This document shows positions 52,543-61,718 of a stretch of 64,000 nt of DNA, piece after piece. The stretch covers positions 224,001 to 288,000 of the forward strand of contig OZ243041.1 of assembly GCA_965212055.1 (NCBI GenBank), in the 5' to 3' direction. The stretch's first letter is position 1. Each line of letters starts with the position of its first letter. The position numbers and the translations under genes were made by a program. The stretch comes from Fidelibacterota bacterium. Its GTDB lineage: Bacteria > Fidelibacterota > Marinisomatia > Marinisomatales > Marinisomataceae. The notes beneath the pieces were generated by a model, which searched no databases, had not been told where the DNA came from, and saw only the letters and a list, made by a program, of their open reading frames with translations.

Positions 52543-53478
52543 ATGAAAAAAAAGCTTTTTTTTCAATCTGCAGTTACTGCGACTATCTTATCATATTTAC
52601 TAATTTTTATAGGAGGGTTGGTACGTGTATCTGGTGCTGGAATGGGATGCGAAGATTGGCCTAAATGTTTTCCTGATCGATGGTTTCCTCCATTGAGCTC
52701 TGATCAGATTCCAATTGGTGTTGATCATTTTAATCTTACGTTAGCATGGATTGAATATGGAAATCGTTTATTTGGAGTATTAGTTGGAATTTCAATTATT
52801 GTACTTACTGTCTTAGCAATTTACTACTACAAAACTAACTATAATAATTTTAGAAGCCATCCTAGTTTGTTGTTTTCTTCTGTTTTGTCATTAATCGTAG
52901 TAATTATAACCGGATTATTGGGAGCAGAATTAGTCTGGTCTGTATTAGATCCATTTATTAAAACTTTGCATATGTTATTCGCTCTTGCTCTTGTATCAAT
53001 ACTGAGTTACATATGTATTAAATCATACAAAATGATTAATGCAACACTTTTTAGAGGCTTAAAAAAGAATCCTATCCTTTCAAAAAGTTTAATTTTCCTT
53101 TGGGTACTAATTGTAATAGAAATTCTTTTAGGTACAGGCATTAGAACAAATCTTGAGCTTGTTTCTATCGAAAATCCTTCATTACCAAAGGGAGAGCAAT
53201 TAGATGCATTAAGTTCTTATAAGTATTTACATTCATTGTTGGGTTTTGGATTACTTTTTTTTAGCATTTATATCAACTATCATTTGAGAGATCATTCTTT
53301 ATTGTTAGCGAAACAGCTCGGATATTTTATTCTTGCAATGGTTGCTTTACAGATTTTTCTTGGCGAACTAATGGTTTTCTTTGATTTGCCGCAACTTACT
53401 AGATTATTTCATACTTGGGGTTCATCTTGGCTTGTTGGTGTGATAATTATATTGTATAATTGCATGAAAAATGAATGA
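52543..53478 (+). CDS. ctaA: Heme A synthase (COX15/CtaA)
   Basis: GAGMGCEDWPKC, EYGNR, conserved His residues. Confidence 0.88.
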   Translation: MKKKLFFQSAVTATILSYLLIFIGGLVRVSGAGMGCEDWPKCFPDRWFPPLSSDQIPIGVDHFNLTLAWIEYGNRLFGVLVGISIIVLTVLAIYYYKTNYNNFRSHPSLLFSSVLSLIVVIITGLLGAELVWSVLDPFIKTLHMLFALALVSILSYICIKSYKMINATLFRGLKKNPILSKSLIFLWVLIVIEILLGTGIRTNLELVSIENPSLPKGEQLDALSSYKYLHSLLGFGLLFFSIYINYHLRDHSLLLAKQLGYFILAMVALQIFLGELMVFFDLPQLTRLFHTWGSSWLVGVIIILYNCMKNE

Positions 53479-54064
53479 ATTAAATAAAAAATTATTTATA
53501 GCCTTTCTTATTATTTTTTCTTTAGGAATGATTGCATTGTTAGTTATAAATACAGCTACCAATTCAAAAATACAGGATTTAAGTCCAAAATATGATGTTC
53601 CCAATTTTGAGCTCACAAATTTCAATGGTGATATATTTACAGACAATGACCTTATTAATAAGATTACTATAGTTAGTTTCATATTCACTCGATGTGAGGG
53701 AGCGTGCCCTATTATGTCGAAGAACTTTCGTGATCTTCAAACAAGTTTTAAAGATTCAGATTTAGTTCAATTTGTTTCTATTACTGTTGATCCTGAATAT
53801 GATTCTGATTCAATTCTTAAATCATTTTCTAATCAATACTCCAATAATGATAACTGGTATTTTTTAAGAGGCGATATTGTAGATATTATTGAATTATCAG
53901 AACAAGGCTTCAAATTGTCAGCATCATTACTTCCCGGTGGACATTCTACACAATTTGTATTAGTAGGTCAAAAAAAACAAATTAGAAAATTTTATGAAGG
54001 CATTGTTGATGCCAATGTAATGGAGTTACAAAACGATATTGTAACACTGATTAATCAAGGCTAG
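53471..54064 (+). CDS. SCO1/SenC family protein
   Basis: FIFTRCEGACP, ITVDP..D, GHS. Confidence 0.9.
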   Translation: MNELNKKLFIAFLIIFSLGMIALLVINTATNSKIQDLSPKYDVPNFELTNFNGDIFTDNDLINKITIVSFIFTRCEGACPIMSKNFRDLQTSFKDSDLVQFVSITVDPEYDSDSILKSFSNQYSNNDNWYFLRGDIVDIIELSEQGFKLSASLLPGGHSTQFVLVGQKKQIRKFYEGIVDANVMELQNDIVTLINQG

Positions 54065-54070
54065 TTATAT

Positions 54071-54922
54071 ATGATCACAAATCTGATAGAATTGACAAAA
54101 CTACGTATTGCATTCCTTGTCTTAACCACCACTGTGATTGGATTTTATCTTGGACAGGAGGGGATTAAATCGCCGGAGCTATTACTGTATACTCTTCTTG
54201 GTACTTTATTGTGTTCTGCTGGTTCATCAGTATTGAATAATGTTATTGAAGTCGAAACTGATGCAAAAATGAACAGAACCAAAGATAGAGTATTACCAAC
54301 AAAGAAAATATCTCTTTTTACTGCTTCTTTTCTTGGTACATTATTTATTGTTTTTGGTTTAGCTATATTATTTGAGAAAGTAAATACTTTGACCAGCATT
54401 TTAGCATTTTGTACTGTTGTTTCATATCTTGTGTTATATACTCCCTTAAAAAAAGTATCTTGGATTAATACTTCTGTAGGAGCTATTCCTGGAGCATTAC
54501 CTCCATTGGGTGGATGGACAGCGGCAACCGGTAGCCTTGATCCGGGTGGATGGATTCTATTTTTTATATTATTTTTTTGGCAACACCCTCATTTTTACTC
54601 AATTGCATTTATACACAAAGAAGATTATGCAAGAGCAGGTTTAAAAATGTTACCTGTTATTGATAATGGAAATAAAAAAACGGTATTACATATTTTCCTT
54701 CATGCATTAGTCTTAATACCAATTTCAACCTTACCATTTTTCTTTGAGATTTCAGGACGCATTTATCTTGTGGGAGCTTATTGCTTAAGCAATATTTATA
54801 TGTTATGTTGTTTGCCTTTTATAATTGAACAGACAGAAAGAAACGCAAAATTAATTTTTAGAACTTCTTTATACTATTTTGTGCTATTGTTTTTTATAAT
54901 ACTTGCTGATGTAAGATTTTAA
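54071..54922 (+). CDS. ctaB: Protoheme IX farnesyltransferase
   Basis: D..M.RT..R.LP, YTPLK, GAIPGALPPL.GW, WQHPHF. Confidence 0.95.
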   Translation: MITNLIELTKLRIAFLVLTTTVIGFYLGQEGIKSPELLLYTLLGTLLCSAGSSVLNNVIEVETDAKMNRTKDRVLPTKKISLFTASFLGTLFIVFGLAILFEKVNTLTSILAFCTVVSYLVLYTPLKKVSWINTSVGAIPGALPPLGGWTAATGSLDPGGWILFFILFFWQHPHFYSIAFIHKEDYARAGLKMLPVIDNGNKKTVLHIFLHALVLIPISTLPFFFEISGRIYLVGAYCLSNIYMLCCLPFIIEQTERNAKLIFRTSLYYFVLLFFIILADVRF

Positions 54923-55353
54923 GAGTCAAGTTTTTCAATTCTTTTTTGGTGTCTTCCACCTTCAAAATTAGTATTAAGCCATACTTTGATTAATTCTATA
55001 GCACGGTTCGGCTGTATAAATCTAGACCCAAATGATAATATATTAGCATTGTTATGTTGTCTGGATAGGGCAATAATTTCATCTGGTCCATCATAGAATA
55101 CTGCTGCTCTTACATTTTTATATCTATTTGCAGCCATTGCTTCTCCTTGCCCAGATCCTCCAAAAATAATCCCCATTGCGTCATTTTCAGAAACAAACTG
55201 AGCTGTAGGGTTTATAAAATCAGGATAATTATCAGTAGATTCGTATTCATAAGCACCAAAATCTTTTACTTCATAGCCACTATCTTCTAGAAATTTTTTT
55301 ACAGTTTCTTTTAATTCAAAGCCTGCATGGTCTGTTCCTAATGCGATAATCAT
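54919..55353 (-). CDS. rpiB: Ribose-5-phosphate isomerase B
   Basis: GTDHAG, GGSGQGE, HNNAN, GRH. Confidence 0.94.
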   Translation of the reverse strand: MIIALGTDHAGFELKETVKKFLEDSGYEVKDFGAYEYESTDNYPDFINPTAQFVSENDAMGIIFGGSGQGEAMAANRYKNVRAAVFYDGPDEIIALSRQHNNANILSFGSRFIQPNRAIELIKVWLNTNFEGGRHQKRIEKLDS

Positions 55354-57302
55354 TTTAGATAATCCTCAATTTTTTTTGTAATAACTTCTTTCGTAAAATT
55401 TAATTTTTCTGCTACATCTTTTCCTGGTGCAGAGAATCCAAATTCGTTGATTCCAATTTTTAATCCATCTTTTCCTACAAATTTTTCCCAACCTAGTACA
55501 GTGCCAGCTTCTATAGATATTCTCTTCTTACAATTATGTGTAAGAATTTCGTCTTTGTAATGATCGGATTGTTGATCAAATATCTCCCAACAAGGCATAT
55601 TAACAACTTTAATATTTTGATTTAAAGATTCTACAGCTGATAATGTTAGACTTAATTCAGAACCTGTTGTAAATACAATAGCATCTGGATTATCATGGTT
55701 TACTACTATATAGGCACCTTTTTTCACTCCGTCTTTAATAATATTTTTATCCAGTTTTGTTAAAGGCAATTTTTGTCTTGTTAATAAAATGGTGCTAGGA
55801 TTTGTGTTATTTTCTAAAATGGTTTCAAAACAAAATTGAGTTTCAACAGCATCAGCAGGTCGGAATACCATTAGATCTGGTATTGATCGTAATGACATGA
55901 TATGTTCTACTGGTTGATGGGTAGGACCATCTTCTCCTACAAAGATTGAATCGTGTGTGAATTCATATATAACATGCAATTTTTGGATTGCTGATAGACG
56001 TATTGCTGATCGCATATAATCACTAAATACTAAGAACGTTCCACCAAAAGGAATTAACCCACCATAGAGGCTAATGCCATTAAGGATTGCAGCCATTGGG
56101 AATTCTCTTACGCCAAATGCAATATTTCTTCCCTTAGGATTTGATGCGGAAAAATCTCCATATTCATTCGCAAAATTTGTTGTACAATTTGATCCATCTA
56201 AATCAGCAGAACCACCCACAATCATTGGAATATGTTTTGCGAGTTCGTCTAATGTCATTCCAAACGCTTTTCTTGTAGCTATAATCTCATCATTGAACTC
56301 AATATCAGATATCTTTTTGAGTGCATCATCTATATTAAAATCGAAATTATATTTACTGGAAGAATTGGTTGCTTCAATTTTTTTGGAAAAGTTTCTTTGA
56401 AAATGTTTTTTTACAACATCAGGGCAATAAAATTCCTCGTTTTCAGGCAGTCCTAATTTCTTTTTTGTCATAACAATCTCTTCTGGAGTAAATGGAGCAC
56501 CATGTGCTTCACTTTTATTTTCCATAGAATGACTTCCCTTTGCCATTGTTGTATTTCCTATAATAATACTTGGTTTTGATGTTTGCTGTGCATTTGTGAT
56601 AGCATCTCTTATTTCACCATGATTATGTCCATCTATTTCTTGTACATCCCAATTCATAGATTCAAATAATTGGGCATAATTTGTTGAGTCGCATCGATTG
56701 GTTTCACCTGCAATTTGGATATCATTTTTATCATAGAACATAATTAATTGAGATAATTGCCAATGACCTGCTAAAGACGCAGCCCCTAATGCTATTGGTT
56801 CTTGTACATCTCCATCTCCTGCAAGAATATAAGTGTATTGTGATCTATCATTTTTAATTGAATCTTGTAACATTTTTTCTGCTAAAGCCATACCAATTCC
56901 CATTCCTACACCTTGTCCTAGAGGTCCAGCATTTGAATCGACCCCAGGAGTTTCAATTTCTGGATGTCCGGGAGTTCTACTGTTTATTTGTCGGAAACTT
57001 TTTAAATCTTCCATATTTAATATATCAGACAAATAAAGTAAGGTATATAACAACATACATGTGTGTCCAACCGACAATACAAGCCTATCTCTTAATTGCC
57101 AATCAGGGTTCTTAGAATCAAAAACTAGGAATTCAGAATAGAGTATATAAGAAAAATCAGCAAGCGACATCGGTCCACCAGGATGGCCTGAATTTGCTTT
57201 TCGTACCCCATCCATTACAAGTCCTTTAATTATATTAATAGTAAAGAGATCTTGTTCTTCGTTTTTCCAATCATTGAAGCTATCTATAGATTGATAATTC
57301 AT
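55350..57302 (-). CDS. tkt: Transketolase
   Basis: SGHPG, TPGHPE, GPLGQG, GDG, FGVREF, THDS..VGEDGPTHQP. Confidence 0.96.
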   Translation of the reverse strand: MNYQSIDSFNDWKNEEQDLFTINIIKGLVMDGVRKANSGHPGGPMSLADFSYILYSEFLVFDSKNPDWQLRDRLVLSVGHTCMLLYTLLYLSDILNMEDLKSFRQINSRTPGHPEIETPGVDSNAGPLGQGVGMGIGMALAEKMLQDSIKNDRSQYTYILAGDGDVQEPIALGAASLAGHWQLSQLIMFYDKNDIQIAGETNRCDSTNYAQLFESMNWDVQEIDGHNHGEIRDAITNAQQTSKPSIIIGNTTMAKGSHSMENKSEAHGAPFTPEEIVMTKKKLGLPENEEFYCPDVVKKHFQRNFSKKIEATNSSSKYNFDFNIDDALKKISDIEFNDEIIATRKAFGMTLDELAKHIPMIVGGSADLDGSNCTTNFANEYGDFSASNPKGRNIAFGVREFPMAAILNGISLYGGLIPFGGTFLVFSDYMRSAIRLSAIQKLHVIYEFTHDSIFVGEDGPTHQPVEHIMSLRSIPDLMVFRPADAVETQFCFETILENNTNPSTILLTRQKLPLTKLDKNIIKDGVKKGAYIVVNHDNPDAIVFTTGSELSLTLSAVESLNQNIKVVNMPCWEIFDQQSDHYKDEILTHNCKKRISIEAGTVLGWEKFVGKDGLKIGINEFGFSAPGKDVAEKLNFTKEVITKKIEDYLK

Positions 57303-57988
57303 ACTTGACTCATTTTATTGATTATTTCCGTTGGATTTTCTGATTGAAATACTTCAGATCCTGCAACTAGTATATTTGCTCCTGCATCAACGACATCTTT
57401 AGCATTATGTAATTTTACTCCACCATCACATTGTATGGATACTTTATCTGTTAAATTTTTTTCATCAATAAATGAACGAATTTCCTTAATCTTATCTATT
57501 GATTCTGGTATAAATTTTTGTCCAGCAAATCCTGGTTCTACAGACATTACTACTACATAATCAATAAGGTCCATATATTTTTTAATAATCGTAAAAGGAG
57601 TTTTAGGTTTAATAGCAATCCCGCATAGTAAATTAGCGCGTTTAATTTTGTTTATTATAAGTTTTGGAGGGAATGTAAATCGTGACTCTGAGGCTTCAAT
57701 ATGGAATGATATTCCATCAGCACCTGCATTAATAAATGAATCAATCATTTCAAATGGATTACTAACCATCAAATGAACATCAAAAAATAATTTTGAATGT
57801 TTTCTAATGTTTTTAACAATCCCAGGACCAAAAGATAGGTTTGGAACAAATTGTTGATCCATAATATCAAGATGGAGCCATGTTGCACTAGAATTATTAC
57901 AATAACCTAATGCTTTTTCTAGATTAGAAAAATCTGCTGCAAGCAATGAGGGTGCAACTACAATTTTTGGCTTATTTTCCGTCCCCAT
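57299..57988 (-). CDS. rpe: Ribulose-phosphate 3-epimerase
   Basis: APSLLAADF, HLDIMD..FVPN, DVHLM, MSVEPGF.GQ, DGG. Confidence 0.96.
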   Translation of the reverse strand: MGTENKPKIVVAPSLLAADFSNLEKALGYCNNSSATWLHLDIMDQQFVPNLSFGPGIVKNIRKHSKLFFDVHLMVSNPFEMIDSFINAGADGISFHIEASESRFTFPPKLIINKIKRANLLCGIAIKPKTPFTIIKKYMDLIDYVVVMSVEPGFAGQKFIPESIDKIKEIRSFIDEKNLTDKVSIQCDGGVKLHNAKDVVDAGANILVAGSEVFQSENPTEIINKMSQV

Positions 57989-58036
57989 AGACTAAATACA
58001 TATTACAACTTAATTTTTTCCAAAAAAAAGGAATTG

Positions 58037-58084
58037 TTGAAATAAAGTGTAGGTTTTTTTACTTTTAGACCGACTGGTCGGTTT
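58037..58084 (+). promoter_or_regulatory. Promoter plus palindromic operator of the TetR-fad operon
   Basis: TTGAAA-N17-TACTTT (58037-58065) followed by ACCGAC-TG-GTCGGT (58069-58082) just before the ATG. Confidence 0.7.
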
Positions 58085-58684
58085 ATGGATAAAAGTATAA
58101 AAGATCAAAAAAAAGAACAGATTTTAGCATCTGCCCTCACTGTAATGACTAACAAAGGTTATTTTGGGAGTACTATGGATGATATTGTAGAAGAATCTCA
58201 GATGAGTAAAGGAGCTATTTACCACTACTTCAAATCTAAGAAAGAAGTGTATTTAGCGGTAATTGACTATTGGGAAAAAAAGTATACAGCTATTCTTGGT
58301 GAAGAGGTGAATCAACAAAAAAGTTCATTAGGTGCATTAAAAAAATTATTCCAAACATTTGCGAAACAATTGGAAAAAGATCCAACCCCTTTTCAATGTT
58401 TATCAACTTTTTGGTCTATTTCTCGTCATGATGAAGATTTTAGAAAATCAATGCAAAAAGTCTACAATCGTTTCCAAAAGTTTGTTGAATTAATTATAGT
58501 TAAAGGTATTGAAAATAAAGAATTCAAAAAAATTAATCCAAAAATTGCTTCCTTATCATTAATCTTGAATATTGAGGGAATTTTCTGGTTTACTCTGTAT
58601 GATACAAAATCTGTAAAAGCTTCAAGTTATATGAATACAATTTCAGATTCTATTTTGAATGCATACACAATAGATAAGGGATAA
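58085..58684 (+). CDS. TetR/AcrR family regulator
   Basis: IL..A......GY...TMDDI......SKGAIYHYFKSK. Confidence 0.93.
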   Translation: MDKSIKDQKKEQILASALTVMTNKGYFGSTMDDIVEESQMSKGAIYHYFKSKKEVYLAVIDYWEKKYTAILGEEVNQQKSSLGALKKLFQTFAKQLEKDPTPFQCLSTFWSISRHDEDFRKSMQKVYNRFQKFVELIIVKGIENKEFKKINPKIASLSLILNIEGIFWFTLYDTKSVKASSYMNTISDSILNAYTIDKG

Positions 58685-58688
58685 TAAT

Positions 58689-60566
58689 ATGTCAGAACAA
58701 GAAAATACAACAACAGTAAGTGATAATAAAACCACAGACAATCCAAAAGATAAAACAAATGGATTAGCAAACGGCGGGATGCCTAATCTTAATATGATTA
58801 AATCTGGCGGTAGATTTTTAACCACAAGAGTGGGTGAGAATAAGATTTTTTGTAAAGAATTATTTTCAGATGATGAAAAAGCTATTTATGAATTAATGTC
58901 AGATTTTGCTGAAAATGAATTATTACCAATAGCTCATGATAAACTAGAAGAAAAAAATGAAGAACTAGTTCGTACACTTTTAAAGAAAATGGGTGAATTA
59001 GGATTATTGGGAGTGGATGTTCCTGAGAAATATGGTGGTTCTGCTATGAGTAAAACAGGAATGTGTATTCTAGCTGAGGGAATTGCTAAAGGCGGTAACT
59101 CATCTTTTGCTACTGTTTGGAGTGTTCACACTTCTATTGGAAGTTTAGGAATTATTTGGTATGGAAATGATGCACAAAAAGAAAAGTGGCTTCCTGGAAT
59201 TTGTACTGGAGAAAAAATGACTGCATTTGGATTAACTGAACCTGAAGCTGGATCTGATGCTACTAATTCAAAAACTACAGGTGTATTATCTGATGATGGT
59301 AAACACTATATAGTGAATGGTCAGAAAATTTTTATTTCTAATGGAGCATGGGCAGATGTATTTACGATTGCACTCAAGATTGATGGAAAATTTTCATCTA
59401 TCGTTATTGAAAAAGGTACTCCTGGATTTGAGATTGGTGCAGAAGAAAAGAAAATGGGGATGCATGGATCTTCTACAGTACCATTGTACTTCAAAGATTG
59501 TAAAGTTCCCGTTGAAAATCTACTTGGTGATGTTGGTGAAGGCGCAGGTCCAGCATTTTGTGGATTAAATATTGGAAGATTTAAACTCGGAGCATCTGCT
59601 ATTGGTGGTCAAATGCTTGGAATCCAAGAAGCAGCAAAATATGCTAAAGAACGAAAAGCTTTTGGCCAGAGTATTGCAAATTTTGGTTCTATAAAAGAAA
59701 AACTTGGTGATTGCGTAGTAAGAGTATATACCTTGGATAGTATGTGTTATAATACTATTGGACAACAAGAGGATGCAATTAGTGAGTTAGATGAAAATGA
59801 TCCTGAATATTATGCTAAACAGGGGGATACCACTGAGAGATTTATTGCTGAAAATTCTATTGTCAAAATATATGGTAGTGAGGGAAGTAGAGAAGTTGTA
59901 GATCATTGCTTACAGATTTTTGGTGGATACGGTTTCATCGAAGAATATCCTATGGCACGTGCATATCGTGATGAACGTATTAATCGCATTTGGGAAGGAA
60001 CAAACGAAATTAATAGAATGCTTTGTGGCAGAGATATAATTACAAAAACTCTTACTGGAGAACTAGGTTTTAGAGAATATCTTGCCCATGTAAATGATTA
60101 TTGTTCCAATGATGTTGATAGTGGGTATGTTGGAGATTATAAAGCAGAAGTAGAGTGTGTTGAAGCATCAAAAGCTATTTACGCATTGGCACTAAATGAG
60201 GCTCTTAGCAAATATGGTCAGGATATCGGTATTGAACAAGTCTTAATGGAAAAACTTGCCGATATTTTAATATTTTCTTATGTAGCGGATAGTACATTAA
60301 GTAGGGTACTTCAGAATAGCTATAAAGTTGATGAATTACCCGGTCTTTGTGTACAAGCATATGTTGCTGAAAACGGTATGAAAGTTATGGGATATGCTCA
60401 AAAAATATTTAATAGTATTTTTGATAGTAATATTCCAAACGATATTCAAGATAAACTTGATAAATTAGGTAAAAGATTAATCATGAATACCGATACTATT
60501 AAAATGAAGAAAATTATTGGAGAAAAAACTGTAGAAGTAGGCGGTTATCCGATTAAAAATTTTTAA
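58689..60566 (+). CDS. fadE: Acyl-CoA dehydrogenase (long FadE/ACAD9-like form)
   Basis: LTEPEAGSDA, EKKMG..GS.T, QIFGGYGF, RINRIWEGTNEINR. Confidence 0.92.
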   Translation: MSEQENTTTVSDNKTTDNPKDKTNGLANGGMPNLNMIKSGGRFLTTRVGENKIFCKELFSDDEKAIYELMSDFAENELLPIAHDKLEEKNEELVRTLLKKMGELGLLGVDVPEKYGGSAMSKTGMCILAEGIAKGGNSSFATVWSVHTSIGSLGIIWYGNDAQKEKWLPGICTGEKMTAFGLTEPEAGSDATNSKTTGVLSDDGKHYIVNGQKIFISNGAWADVFTIALKIDGKFSSIVIEKGTPGFEIGAEEKKMGMHGSSTVPLYFKDCKVPVENLLGDVGEGAGPAFCGLNIGRFKLGASAIGGQMLGIQEAAKYAKERKAFGQSIANFGSIKEKLGDCVVRVYTLDSMCYNTIGQQEDAISELDENDPEYYAKQGDTTERFIAENSIVKIYGSEGSREVVDHCLQIFGGYGFIEEYPMARAYRDERINRIWEGTNEINRMLCGRDIITKTLTGELGFREYLAHVNDYCSNDVDSGYVGDYKAEVECVEASKAIYALALNEALSKYGQDIGIEQVLMEKLADILIFSYVADSTLSRVLQNSYKVDELPGLCVQAYVAENGMKVMGYAQKIFNSIFDSNIPNDIQDKLDKLGKRLIMNTDTIKMKKIIGEKTVEVGGYPIKNF

Positions 60567-60581
60567 AAAGGAGTTTAGAAA

Positions 60582-61712
60582 ATGAATAAAGCTGTTATTG
60601 TTGATGGTGTTAGATCACCTATAGGGACCAAGGGAAGTGCATTAATTGGTACTAGACCTGATGAGATTGCTGCTCAGGTTATTAAAGGATTGTTAAATCG
60701 TAATGAAAATTTAGATGTTAATGCTATTGAAGATGTATCATTGGGATGTGCTTTCCCTGAAGGGCCTACTGGTATGTTGGTTGCTAGAGGTGCTTCAATT
60801 TTAGCTGGTATCCCAGATACTGCCGCTGCAAATGTTATTAACAGGTATTGTGGTTCAGCAATGACTTCATTGCATCTGATAAGTAGTGCTATCGAAGCTG
60901 GTGATATTCAAGTGGGTATTGCTGGCGGTGTTGAAGATATGTTTACAATTCCTCAAGGTGGTTTTGCTCCTGATTTTAATGTCAAACTTGCTGAAGATGA
61001 TTATTATATATCAATGGGAGAAGGCGCTGAATTGCTTGCTAGTGAGTTAAATATTTCTAGAGAAGAACAAGAAGAATTTGCTATCAATTCGCATAAAAAA
61101 GCATTGGCTGCTCAGGAAGCTGGCAAATTTGATAATGAAATTATTCCAATTGACTTAGAAGATGGTTCAAAGTTTGAAAAAGATAATGGACCAAAAACTC
61201 CTGATGTTGAGAAAATTAAATCTTTACGACCAGCATTCAGGGAAGATGGTACTGTTACAGCCGCTACAAGTAGTCCATTTTCAATTGGTGCATCTGCTAT
61301 GCTTCTAACGAGTGAAGAATATGCAAAGAATAATGGATTACAAATTAGAGCTTCTATTGAAGGTAGAGCAGTTGCGGGAGTTAACTGGAGAATGTTTGGA
61401 TCAGGTCCAGTACCAGCTACAGCTAAAGCTTTAAAAAATACCGGCTTAACTATGGATGATATTGATACAATGGAAATTAATGAAGCTTTCGCTGCTCAAT
61501 CTCTGTATTGTATAAAAAAAGCAGATTGGGATATAAATAAAGTAAATCTAAATGGAGGAGCGGTCGCTTTAGGTCATCCTCTTGGAATTTCCGGTACTAG
61601 AATTATTACTACGCTACTTAATGTAATGGAACAACAAGATCGATCTATGGGTCTTGCAACCATGTGCGTAGGCACTGGTCAAGGGATTACTACAATTATT
61701 AAAAGGGGTTAA
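60582..61712 (+). CDS. fadA: Acetyl-CoA acyltransferase (thiolase)
   Basis: NRYCGS, NEAFA, GHPLG, CVGTG. Confidence 0.95.
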   Translation: MNKAVIVDGVRSPIGTKGSALIGTRPDEIAAQVIKGLLNRNENLDVNAIEDVSLGCAFPEGPTGMLVARGASILAGIPDTAAANVINRYCGSAMTSLHLISSAIEAGDIQVGIAGGVEDMFTIPQGGFAPDFNVKLAEDDYYISMGEGAELLASELNISREEQEEFAINSHKKALAAQEAGKFDNEIIPIDLEDGSKFEKDNGPKTPDVEKIKSLRPAFREDGTVTAATSSPFSIGASAMLLTSEEYAKNNGLQIRASIEGRAVAGVNWRMFGSGPVPATAKALKNTGLTMDDIDTMEINEAFAAQSLYCIKKADWDINKVNLNGGAVALGHPLGISGTRIITTLLNVMEQQDRSMGLATMCVGTGQGITTIIKRG

Positions 61713-61718
61713 TTATAT

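Noticed and set aside
33225..57988. Calvin cycle (glpX, aldolase, tkt, rpe, rpiB)
   Set aside because: No RuBisCO or phosphoribulokinase in the window; gluconeogenesis and the non-oxidative pentose phosphate pathway explain these genes
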